A program made the translations under genes and the position numbers. A DNA stretch of 32,172 nucleotides from Crocinitomicaceae bacterium (GTDB lineage Bacteria; Bacteroidota; Bacteroidia; Flavobacteriales_D; Crocinitomicaceae). Where the stretch lies: NCBI GenBank assembly GCA_044372955.1, contig JBILQY010000001.1, forward strand, positions 1 through 32,172. The letters are read 5' to 3'. Numbering within the stretch: position 1 is the stretch's first letter; each line of letters opens with the position of its first letter. The notes beneath the pieces were generated by a model. It worked only from the letters and a program-made list of their open reading frames with translations. It ran no database searches and was not told where the DNA came from. Shown piece by piece: positions 24,622 through 32,172 of this stretch.

Positions 24622-26226
24622 ATGAGAAATTATTTCATACTCTTTTTACTTTCCTTATTGGGCTTAAATTCTTTAGCACAACAAGGATACAATGAATTGG
24701 CAACTCCGAAACGATTGGGTGCTTTTATCAATACTTCTGCTGAAGAAAGTTTTCCCTTATTGTCAGCTGATGGAAAAGATTTATACTTTTTTAGAACTTT
24801 TGAAGAATACAATTATGGCGGTGCGAACGACCAAGATATTTGGGTTTGCTCCAAAAATGAAAAAGGAAATTGGGAAGAAGCATACAATGTGCAAGAATTG
24901 AATAACCGAGATCACAATGCAGTAGTTGCTTTAGGTCAAGATGGAAATAGTATGTATGTGCTTTTTTCAAATGGAATTAAAAACGAAAATAAAGGTCTTG
25001 GGAAATCTACAAAATCAGCATCAGGATTGTGGTCGAAACCTGTGAAAATTGAAATTCCAGAGTTATTGATAACAGGTGCAAATTTTGGCTTTACCGTTTC
25101 AAAAGACGAAAAAGTAGTTATCATTTCTTACGCTGGTCCAAGTTCTAAAGGACAAGAAGATTTATATTATTCTCTCAATACAGCTGGTGTTTGGTCGAGT
25201 CCGAAAAGTTTAGGCGATAATATCAACACCAATGGATACGAGATTTCACCGTTTTTAAGTCCAAATAGCGACACACTTTATTTTGCAAGTAATGGTTTGG
25301 GAGGCGAAGGAGATTGCGATATTTTCTATTCCGTTAAAAAATCAGGTTGGGGCGATTGGTCAACACCTGTAAATATGGGTAACAAAATCAACTCGCCAAA
25401 TTTCGATGCCTATCTTGTGAAATACGGGAAAACCTATTATTGGTCAAGTAATCGCAATGCGAAAGAAGCGGATATTTATTTCACGGAACAATTAACTCCT
25501 CCAGCTTTAGAAATTTCAGAAACGCACGCAAATATTACTGCTTTTGGCGGAAGCGACGGAACAATTGATGTGGTTGTAAAAAGTGGAGTTGCACCCTATA
25601 AATTCTCTTGGTCGAATGGAAAAAATGAGGAAGACTTAGCCCAATTGAAGCGTGGAATTTATGAGATTATGGTAACTGATGCAATTGGTCAACAAAAAAC
25701 CTTAACCATCGAGTTAACCGAACCAGCACCAGTTGTACAAAAAGTTATTCGTTTACCTGAAGTTCGCTACACACTCGGTTCTTGGGAGTTTGTGAATGAT
25801 GCAACAATCAAATCGACCGATTCTTTGGATAAAGTGGCACAATTACTTACAGAATATCCAGGAATGCAGTTGGAATTGATTTCGCACACAGATGCACGTG
25901 GTGATGATATAAAAAACACAATGCTTTCTGAAAATAGAGCAAAAGCAGTTTACAAGTATTTAGTTGAAACGAAAGGAATCGATCCAAGAAGATTAGTGCC
26001 TAAGGGAAAAGGAGAATTGGATCCTGCAAAATGGATGGATGAAGCTGGCGTTGAAATCATTTTAACTGAAGCTTACATCAATCAGTTTAAAACGACCGAT
26101 AAAGATAAATTTGAGCGTTTACACCAAGTAAATAGAAGAACGGAAGGAAAAGTAATCGGTTTGGACTTTAATCCAGAAACTGCACCACAAGCACCGAAAG
26201 AATACCTTATCTTTAACAAAAAATAG
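24622..26226 (+). CDS. OmpA family protein with TolB-like (PD40) repeats and a SprB-type repeat
   Basis: PD40-like SFPLLSADGKDLYFF, EISPFLSPNSDTLYFASN and YWSSNR. SprB-like ITAFGGSDGTIDVVVKSGVAPYKFSWSNG. OmpA C-terminus LELISHTDARGDD..N..LSENRAKAVYKYL...GKGE. Confidence 0.85.
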   Translation: MRNYFILFLLSLLGLNSLAQQGYNELATPKRLGAFINTSAEESFPLLSADGKDLYFFRTFEEYNYGGANDQDIWVCSKNEKGNWEEAYNVQELNNRDHNAVVALGQDGNSMYVLFSNGIKNENKGLGKSTKSASGLWSKPVKIEIPELLITGANFGFTVSKDEKVVIISYAGPSSKGQEDLYYSLNTAGVWSSPKSLGDNINTNGYEISPFLSPNSDTLYFASNGLGGEGDCDIFYSVKKSGWGDWSTPVNMGNKINSPNFDAYLVKYGKTYYWSSNRNAKEADIYFTEQLTPPALEISETHANITAFGGSDGTIDVVVKSGVAPYKFSWSNGKNEEDLAQLKRGIYEIMVTDAIGQQKTLTIELTEPAPVVQKVIRLPEVRYTLGSWEFVNDATIKSTDSLDKVAQLLTEYPGMQLELISHTDARGDDIKNTMLSENRAKAVYKYLVETKGIDPRRLVPKGKGELDPAKWMDEAGVEIILTEAYINQFKTTDKDKFERLHQVNRRTEGKVIGLDFNPETAPQAPKEYLIFNKK

Positions 26227-26229
26227 AAA

Positions 26230-26880
26230 ATGGATTTATTGAATCTCATTTTTCGCTTAGGCGTACTGTTTGCTATCTACGGATTTCTTTGGTTTTTCAT
26301 CGAATTAGGACTAACCTTTTTACGTGGTGGAAGACAAAAAACGATAGGTGAAAATTACTTAATTAAATCAGTGAAATACTTGTTTTTGGTGAATGTGACT
26401 TTCTTATTCTGCTTGGATTTGAATCAAAACAATGTCTCTTTCTACAATGCGATGCCAAGTGCAATCGTTTTGGTGACTTATTTTATTGGTAAACTCCAAC
26501 AACAGCAACAGCGAGTACAACTTTTCGGTCAGATAAATGCACAAATTCCTCAAACGAACGATTTTAATTTAAAAACCGAAATCATTTTAATTGTTGCGTC
26601 GATTGCTTTATTCATCGGGTTTTTATTCTTCCCACAATATGCAAGTAACAACATTGCCAATTGGTTTAAATCAAGCATTTTAGACATCGAATCAACAGTA
26701 ATAATTGGCTTTATCTTTAAAATTATTGGCTTCTTCTTCTTAGTTGGAATGATAATGAAAATGATAAATGCAATCAACTACATCATTTCTGGTAAGCCAG
26801 TTGTTGACATTAAAACAAACTTTAATTCAAACTCAAAGAAAGACGAAGACAAATTTGATGACTTTGAAGAAATTAACTAA
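26230..26880 (+). CDS. Hypothetical polytopic membrane protein with an acidic C-terminal tail
   Basis: 216 aa with about 5 hydrophobic segments, an internal QQQQQ and a C-terminal KKDEDKFDDFEEIN. 3 nt downstream of the OmpA gene. No recognisable family. Confidence 0.6.
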   Translation: MDLLNLIFRLGVLFAIYGFLWFFIELGLTFLRGGRQKTIGENYLIKSVKYLFLVNVTFLFCLDLNQNNVSFYNAMPSAIVLVTYFIGKLQQQQQRVQLFGQINAQIPQTNDFNLKTEIILIVASIALFIGFLFFPQYASNNIANWFKSSILDIESTVIIGFIFKIIGFFFLVGMIMKMINAINYIISGKPVVDIKTNFNSNSKKDEDKFDDFEEIN

Positions 26881-26891
26881 AACTAAAACCA

Positions 26892-27143
26892 ATGGATGAA
26901 AAAGAATTAATTGAATTATCAGACGAACTCGTTCAAGGTTTAACGAAATTATCTTTGGGTGAAAAACCAGGATTTTTAGCGGGTTCTGTTTATAAAAAAC
27001 TAAGCAATCACACCAATTTTCACGCGATTAAACAATGCTATATTGAGCATTTAACAGATTTTAAAGGGTCGTATGAAAACGCAACGGAACTTAAAAAATT
27101 GACTGATTTCAGGTACAAAATCGTTGAATTGTTCAACGCATAA
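26892..27143 (+). CDS. Hypothetical small soluble protein (83 aa)
   Basis: Intact ORF 11 nt downstream of the previous gene. No recognisable motif. Confidence 0.5.
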   Translation: MDEKELIELSDELVQGLTKLSLGEKPGFLAGSVYKKLSNHTNFHAIKQCYIEHLTDFKGSYENATELKKLTDFRYKIVELFNA

Positions 27144-27218
27144 ATTTTGAATGTAATACTTAGATTTATACCTTTAATTACAAAATAATCATTGTTGAGG
27201 AAACTAAATTAAATTAAA

Positions 27219-28700
27219 ATGAAACTTAAAAACATTGCAATTAAAAATTTTAGATGTTTTGAAGAAATAGAATTAGATTTTGGATCTAAAACAACTGTAT
27301 TTATTGGAAAAAACGGCACAGGAAAATCAAATATTTTAAGTGCAATAAGAAGGGGTATGAGTTTTATGTTTGCTGAGGATTCAAAAATTAAAAATGATAT
27401 TAATTCTTTGAAGGCAAATAATAACAGTGCTGTTAGAAGATTTGAACCCAATGACACACGTATTGATTCATATAAAGAAGGTGGATTTTGTTGGCCAACC
27501 TCTATTCAGTATAAAACAACTTTTAACAAAGAACTGATTGAGTGGGAGTTTTACAAGAAAGGGATTTCCAGCAGATTAGACCAATCGTTTTATAAAGACG
27601 CAAAGAACAAAGTATTAAACGAATTAAATAATGAAAAAACATTTCCATTATTAGCCTTTTTTGCTGATTCATACCCACACAAAGAAATGAATGTTGGGAA
27701 AAATGCAAAAGAATTAGTAAAACTTAAAAAAATGCCGAAAGACTTTGGCTACTACGGATGGGACGAGCATGTTAATTGCAACAATATTTGGTTTTCAAGA
27801 TTTTTGTTCGCTGAAAATCTTTATAAAGAAAATATTGATCGAATCAACAACTTGAAAAAAACCATCGAAAACCATCAAAACTCATACAATTCTTCAACTG
27901 ATTTAGAGGAGTTTAAAGATAGATTAGATGAATTAAAAATTAGAGAATCTAACATAATAAATTCCAATCAAGCACTTAATCAAACCTTAGCGATTGAAAA
28001 AAATTATATTGCCGAAAAAATTATAAAATTTACTCAACCACTTTCGGAAAATAGAAGTTTTATTAATGATGAATTTGAAATAATAGAAGTCTATTCTAGT
28101 CATACTGTTTTGGACAAAAAGCCTAAAATTGTTTTTCAATTCAAAAATGGTAAGTCCATGAATATCGAGACAATGCCGATGGGATATAAAAGACTACTGT
28201 CAATTGTATTTGATTTATCTTATCGGTCATTTATATTGAATGGAAATGATCTTGAACCAGAAGGAATTGTAATGATTGACGAAATTGAATTGCACTTGCA
28301 TCCAACCTTACAGCAAGATGTATTGGAGCGGTTTACACGAACTTTTCCTAAAATTCAATTCATAATTACAACCCATTCTCCTTTGGTTATTAGTAATTTC
28401 AGAGTAGATAATGATAAAAACAAACTAATTAAACTAGAAAACAATAATAATATTTACACCAAAGAATATGTTGAAAATATATATGGCTTAGATTATTCAA
28501 CTAATCTTTCAGAAGTGATGGAGATTGCGCCACGTTCTTCAACTATTGATAAATACATCAATGCCTATTTGTTCCTATTTAGAAAAGAAAAAGTACAAGA
28601 AGCGAATAAAATGCTCGATAAACTAAAGGATTATTTGGGTGGTGATATACCGAAACTTCTTCAGAAGGAAATAGAAACTCAAAAAGCAAAAATTCAATAG
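27219..28700 (+). CDS. ptuA: ABC/OLD-type AAA ATPase (AAA_15/AAA_21-like), Septu PtuA-like
   Basis: N-terminal MKLKNIAIKNFRCFEEIELDF....VFIGKNGTGKSNILSAI (Walker A). Helical middle region. C-terminal MGYKRLLSIVFDL (signature-like), VMIDEIELHLHP (Walker B / D-loop) and FIITTHSPLV (H-loop). Confidence 0.6.
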   Translation: MKLKNIAIKNFRCFEEIELDFGSKTTVFIGKNGTGKSNILSAIRRGMSFMFAEDSKIKNDINSLKANNNSAVRRFEPNDTRIDSYKEGGFCWPTSIQYKTTFNKELIEWEFYKKGISSRLDQSFYKDAKNKVLNELNNEKTFPLLAFFADSYPHKEMNVGKNAKELVKLKKMPKDFGYYGWDEHVNCNNIWFSRFLFAENLYKENIDRINNLKKTIENHQNSYNSSTDLEEFKDRLDELKIRESNIINSNQALNQTLAIEKNYIAEKIIKFTQPLSENRSFINDEFEIIEVYSSHTVLDKKPKIVFQFKNGKSMNIETMPMGYKRLLSIVFDLSYRSFILNGNDLEPEGIVMIDEIELHLHPTLQQDVLERFTRTFPKIQFIITTHSPLVISNFRVDNDKNKLIKLENNNNIYTKEYVENIYGLDYSTNLSEVMEIAPRSSTIDKYINAYLFLFRKEKVQEANKMLDKLKDYLGGDIPKLLQKEIETQKAKIQ

Positions 28701-28703
28701 TTC

Positions 28704-29486
28704 ATGCACTATATTGATAAGTCTTTAAATTCAAAAATTGGAACTGCAATAGTTGATGATTTTCTTGACAAATGTTGGAATGGAAAAGAATATCACGCTG
28801 CAAACTACGCTACTTTTTCTAAACCAGAATTTAGAAATTCCTTTGTTGATGTCTTATTGGATGAACAAAAGAATTTATGTTGTTATTGTATGAAGGAACT
28901 TCAAAATGACCATAAGACAACCTTAGAACATATAATTCCACAAAATATCAAAAACACAAGCCAATTCAATGAATATTTAACATTTAAAGAGCTTGGAGAT
29001 AATGTTATAAATAAAATAGACTTTGATCAAAAAAATAAGATTATTCCTCCTTTAAAATACCCTCACGACCTATCATTTCACAATTTGATAGCATCTTGCG
29101 ATAGTAAAGCTAATTGCAATAATAAAAGAAAGGATGAATATATAAAACCATTAATATACGATACCGATATTCAATTCAAAGTCGAATATGACCGAAAAGG
29201 ACAAGCTTTTAGTTTAGACTATTTTGATGAACTTGAAACATTAGGGGTTTCAACCAACAAAAATTTGATTCTATTTAGATGGATTTGGGCAGAAATATCA
29301 AAAATGAAAGATATTGATGTGAATTCAATAAATGAGGAAACAATTGAAGAAATTTTGTTGACTTTGGAATACCCTCAAAATTTTGAAAGTATAATTGAAA
29401 ACTTTTTTGATAACCCTTCAAAAAAAACCGATTTATTAAAATATAAGTGGTTTTATAATTATTTTAAAAACGAAACCAACTCATGA
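28704..29486 (+). CDS. ptuB: HNH (His-Me finger) nuclease of the TIGR02646 / Septu PtuB-like type
   Basis: CCYCMKEL......TLEHIIPQN followed by FHNLIASCDSKANCNNKRKD (HNH core: CxxC...EH...N...CxxCNxxK). 3 nt downstream of the ATPase gene. Confidence 0.55.
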   Translation: MHYIDKSLNSKIGTAIVDDFLDKCWNGKEYHAANYATFSKPEFRNSFVDVLLDEQKNLCCYCMKELQNDHKTTLEHIIPQNIKNTSQFNEYLTFKELGDNVINKIDFDQKNKIIPPLKYPHDLSFHNLIASCDSKANCNNKRKDEYIKPLIYDTDIQFKVEYDRKGQAFSLDYFDELETLGVSTNKNLILFRWIWAEISKMKDIDVNSINEETIEEILLTLEYPQNFESIIENFFDNPSKKTDLLKYKWFYNYFKNETNS

Positions 29487-29878
29487 ATTTTTCCTTCGGA
29501 AAAGAATACAAATTGTGCAGTCACAAACAGATTGATTATCTTTTTAAAGAAGGCAAAAAAATCAAAGAATATCCGATTACAATCATTTATTCACCTACCG
29601 AATTGCTTGCTACTACGCAATTTCAACTACTTATTTCGGTTCCGAAGCGACTTTTTAAAAAAGCGCACGACCGCAACTATATCAAACGTTGTATCCGCGA
29701 GGTGGTGCGAAAAAATAAACACGAATTGGAAACACAACTCGAAACAAACGATAAGAAACTTATTTTTGCAGTCGTTTATACTTCCAAAGAACATCTGGCG
29801 TTTTCAGTATTGGAACAGAAATTGGTCAAGGCGATTGGCAAATTAACTTTACAAATAAATCAAAATGATAAAAATTAA
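29483..29878 (+). CDS. rnpA: Ribonuclease P protein component
   Basis: 131 aa and basic. N-terminal FGKEYKLCSHKQIDYLFKEGKKIKEYPITIIY...SVPKRLFKKAHDRNYIKRCIRE matches the RnpA pattern (K..rL....ef..vf..gk; vsKK..k.AV.RN..KR..RE). Confidence 0.85.
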   Translation: MNFSFGKEYKLCSHKQIDYLFKEGKKIKEYPITIIYSPTELLATTQFQLLISVPKRLFKKAHDRNYIKRCIREVVRKNKHELETQLETNDKKLIFAVVYTSKEHLAFSVLEQKLVKAIGKLTLQINQNDKN

Positions 29879-31508
29879 ATCTTTCATTTTAGTACTCCTT
29901 TTTGCTTTCAATTTTGGAGCAATTTCCGTTTTTGGTCAATCCAACGGATTTGAGGTATTGAAGAACCTTGAAATTATGAACCAAATCTATGAGCATTTGG
30001 ATTTGTATTTCGTGGACGAACCTCAGAATGGTAAACTTTCCAAAACGGGTATTGACGCAATGCTGAAGGAATTGGATCCGTACACTGTTTATTACCACGA
30101 ATCAAACATTGAAGATTACCGTTTGATGACGACAGGTCAGTATGGTGGTGTGGGTGCATTGGTAAGAAGAATGGGCGATGATACCTATTTCGCGGAACCT
30201 TATGAAGGAAATCCAGCACAAAAAGCAGGAATTAAAGCTGGAGATAAAATCGTATCCATTGACGGGAAAAATATGCACAAAAAATCAACGGATGATGTTT
30301 CAAGTGCACTGAAAGGCCCGAAAGGAACAACGATTAAAGTGGAAATCGAACGCAAAGGTGAAGGGATTAAAATGATTGACATCACACGCGACGAAATCAA
30401 AATTCCAGATGTGCCGTATTCAGGGATTTTGGAGAATAAAATTGGTTATGTGAAATTAAATAGCTTCACACAAACAGCTGCATCGGATGTAAAGTCGGCA
30501 ATTGAAAAAATGAAAGCCGATGGTATGGAAAAATTGATTCTCGACCTGCGAGGAAATGGCGGTGGATTACTGATTGAAGCGGTGAAAATCGTAAATTTCT
30601 TCGTGCCTCGCAACACAGTCGTTGTAACCACCAAAGGTCGTGTGAAGGAAGAAAATCGCGTTTATAAAACCTTGGAAGAACCGATTGCTGAGAATATGAA
30701 ATTGGTTGTTTTAATCGATGATGGTTCAGCTTCAGCAAGTGAGATTGTGGCTGGAAGTTTACAAGATTTGGATCGCGCTGTGGTTATCGGTCAAACGAGC
30801 TATGGAAAAGGATTGGTACAAAGAACGTATGATTTGAAATACGGTTCGAAAGTGAAAATTACCATTGCAAAATACTACACGCCTTCAGGACGTTGTGTGC
30901 AGCGATTGGAATATTACGACAAAGAAAATGGAAGTAAACCAAAAGAAGTTCCAGATTCCTTATTGAAAACGTTCCAAACGAAAGGTGGACGAAAAGTAAT
31001 TGATGGCCGTGGAATTGAACCAGACATCGCAACAGAATTGGAAGATTTAAGTCGTCTTTCTGGAATGTTGTTGACTGGAAATCACATTTTTAATTTCGCA
31101 ACAGACTATGCAGCCAAAAACCCAACAATTGCCGAAGCGGGAACTTTCAAACTTTCAGATGCTGAATACGGTGAATTTAAAAAATACGTACTAGCACAAG
31201 ATTTCAAGTACAACACAGCCTCAGAAGAAATGCTCAAAAAAGTGAAGGAAACAGCCGAAAAAGAAGGTTATTTCGAAGATGTGAAATCAGAATACGATCA
31301 GATGCTGACGAAATTAACTCCATCCAAAGAAAGAGATTTAGATAAATTCAAAACTGAAATTTCAGAAATGCTAGAAAACGAAATCGTGTCACGCTATTAC
31401 TTCCAAAAAGGTCGAACGTTGGATTCTTTCCGCTACGACCGAGCACTAAACAAAGCGAAAAGTGTGTTAATGAGCGATACGGAGTATAGTGGGGTTTTGA
31501 AGAAGTAG
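29865..31508 (+). CDS. S41 family C-terminal processing peptidase with a PDZ domain
   Basis: PDZ: PAQKAGIKAGDKIVSIDG. Catalytic region: LILDLRGNGGGLL, DDGSASASEIVAGSLQDLDRAVVIGQTSYGKGLVQ. Overlaps rnpA by 14 nt. Confidence 0.9.
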   Translation: MIKIKSFILVLLFAFNFGAISVFGQSNGFEVLKNLEIMNQIYEHLDLYFVDEPQNGKLSKTGIDAMLKELDPYTVYYHESNIEDYRLMTTGQYGGVGALVRRMGDDTYFAEPYEGNPAQKAGIKAGDKIVSIDGKNMHKKSTDDVSSALKGPKGTTIKVEIERKGEGIKMIDITRDEIKIPDVPYSGILENKIGYVKLNSFTQTAASDVKSAIEKMKADGMEKLILDLRGNGGGLLIEAVKIVNFFVPRNTVVVTTKGRVKEENRVYKTLEEPIAENMKLVVLIDDGSASASEIVAGSLQDLDRAVVIGQTSYGKGLVQRTYDLKYGSKVKITIAKYYTPSGRCVQRLEYYDKENGSKPKEVPDSLLKTFQTKGGRKVIDGRGIEPDIATELEDLSRLSGMLLTGNHIFNFATDYAAKNPTIAEAGTFKLSDAEYGEFKKYVLAQDFKYNTASEEMLKKVKETAEKEGYFEDVKSEYDQMLTKLTPSKERDLDKFKTEISEMLENEIVSRYYFQKGRTLDSFRYDRALNKAKSVLMSDTEYSGVLKK

Positions 31509-31514
31509 GAATTC

Positions 31515-31970
31515 TCATCCAAGCTTTTCAATCGTCGCTAGGATGCGTTTTGCTTTAGTTTCTTCTGTTTTTGCGGAATAAATCCTATCAATACTCGCTT
31601 TTTGTTCGCCATTCGAAAGCTGTTGGAATTTTTCAAATGTACCTGGAACGTCTAAAAAACATGCTTTCAATTCTTCGGGAATTTCAGTGGGAAGATTGTC
31701 TGCAAAAAGAATCACGTGGACAGTGTCTCCCACTTGTTTTTTGATTTTTTTTCTGATTTTAGCTTTCACAGGCAAAAACAATTTTCCATTTCCCATCGGC
31801 ATCAAGTGATATCCTTTGATTTCAAAACCGTCAATTGTACCACGTACGCGCACCCAACCAAAAGGCGCATTTTTGTCTTGTAAAATCTCAGGAATTTGAG
31901 CGAAAGTCCAACCGCCTTTGCCTTGAAGTTTTTCTAATAAATAGGTTTTATTGACGAGTTCTTCAGCCAT
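31515..31970 (-). CDS. DUF1905 / YdeI (OmpD-associated) family protein
   Basis: GKGGWTFAQIPE...PFGWVRVRGTIDGFEIKGYHLMPMGNGKLFLPVKAKIRKKI (DUF1905). C-terminal FEKFQQLSNGEQKASIDRIYSAKTEETKAKRI (YdeI-type). Confidence 0.8.
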   Translation of the reverse strand: MAEELVNKTYLLEKLQGKGGWTFAQIPEILQDKNAPFGWVRVRGTIDGFEIKGYHLMPMGNGKLFLPVKAKIRKKIKKQVGDTVHVILFADNLPTEIPEELKACFLDVPGTFEKFQQLSNGEQKASIDRIYSAKTEETKAKRILATIEKLG

Positions 31971-32058
31971 TTTGATTGCGTATTTTTTCTACTCCAAAAA
32001 TAAAGCTTCAAACTATTACCAACATTGGGAATTTGCGATTTCACTAAATTTATTGTAA

Positions 32059-32172
32059 CTAATCAGTAACTTCCAACTCAGCAACCACGAACAATGCATT
32101 AAGCACGTTTTGTCCGTTTTTTATTGCTGTGTCTGTAATAGAACGTAGGATAGCAAAGTTCATTGCTCCTTC
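32059..32172 (-). CDS. 3' end of a gene that runs off the window. The C-terminus tentatively resembles IS66-family (ISBst12-group-like) transposases.
   Basis: My own minus-strand translation: EGAMNFAILRSITDTAIKNGQNVLNALFVVAELEVTD*. The G(A)..FAxxRSxxxTxxKxGxNV pattern recalls transposase C-termini. It is not in the ORF track because it is short and partial. Confidence 0.3.
   Translation of the reverse strand, partial: EGAMNFAILRSITDTAIKNGQNVLNALFVVAELEVTD

Noticed and set aside
27144-27218. Retron msr/msd RNA or reverse transcriptase associated with the PtuA/PtuB-like pair
   Set aside because: There are only 75 nt of AT-rich spacer upstream, with no long inverted repeats. No RT-like ORF occurs anywhere in the window.
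2015-30738. Short ORFs nested in, or antisense to, well-supported genes: 2015-2353, 2055-2279, 3195-3392, 4507-4725, 4695-5024, 6904-7134, 8924-9127, 9278-9475, 10412-10606, 10987-11247, 11955-12161, 13409-13606, 13603-13812, 14974-15192, 15325-15645, 15657-15854, 19846-20055, 19887-20072, 21777-21980, 22335-22538, 23568-23819, 24630-24812, 24692-24901, 24936-25124, 26550-26777, 27209-27457, 27523-27708, 29532-29846, 29889-30098, 29974-30219, 30200-30400, 30446-30634, 30466-30738
   Set aside because: Each lies wholly or mostly inside a longer ORF that has clear family motifs. Their translations are low-complexity, with no recognisable motifs. Such alternative-frame ORFs are expected by chance in AT-rich DNA.
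1-32172. tRNA, rRNA, tmRNA or riboswitch genes
   Set aside because: I inspected the intergenic regions by eye (1140-1373, 4292-4483, 9858-9981, 11508-11892, 13819-14152, 15899-16107, 17792-17978, 19323-19405, 20886-20976, 27144-27218, 31971-32058). None showed cloverleaf-type or other recognisable conserved RNA structures. A covariance-model scan would be needed to exclude them formally.

Overview
This window looks like a chromosomal segment of a low-GC Bacteroidota genome, probably Flavobacteriia-like. Support: T9SS type A and type B sorting domains, a PorP/SprF gene, choice-of-anchor L and MORN-variant proteins, and exact TAnnTTTG -7 promoter boxes 15-25 nt upstream of several ATG starts. 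The housekeeping backbone is ispG, aspS, ribF, rnpA, an S41 peptidase, two YceI genes, a LysE exporter and OmpA-family proteins. It is interrupted by four accessory or unusual regions. (1) 1-1375: a Uma2 (PD-(D/E)XK) nuclease gene and a four-helix-bundle (23S rRNA IVS-type) gene, each bracketed by arrays of the 11-nt word ATTAGCACATT at a strict 16-nt period. (2) 13855-14090: a higher-order tandem repeat built from AATTCGCAATT words and GC-rich palindromes, between ispG and aspS. (3) 15951-17918: the relic of a DUF4143-type AAA ATPase, then three tandem ORF6N (KilA-N-like) paralogues. These have near-identical 5' ends, 3' ends and spacers but diverged cores. Each carries a different palindrome at the same codon position, and a related 31-nt palindrome lies in the upstream divergent promoter region. 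I consider this the most novel-looking structure in the window. (4) 27219-29486: a visibly AT-rich two-gene ABC-type ATPase plus HNH nuclease pair resembling Septu PtuA/PtuB. It is wedged directly onto the start codon of rnpA by an ATGA overlap. There is also a canonical T9SS type B cargo / PorP-SprF / OmpA-PD40 module (20977-26226), and a possible transposase C-terminal fragment at the right edge. I saw no tRNA, rRNA or CRISPR array. All family assignments come from reading the translated ORFs for motifs. No database search was run.
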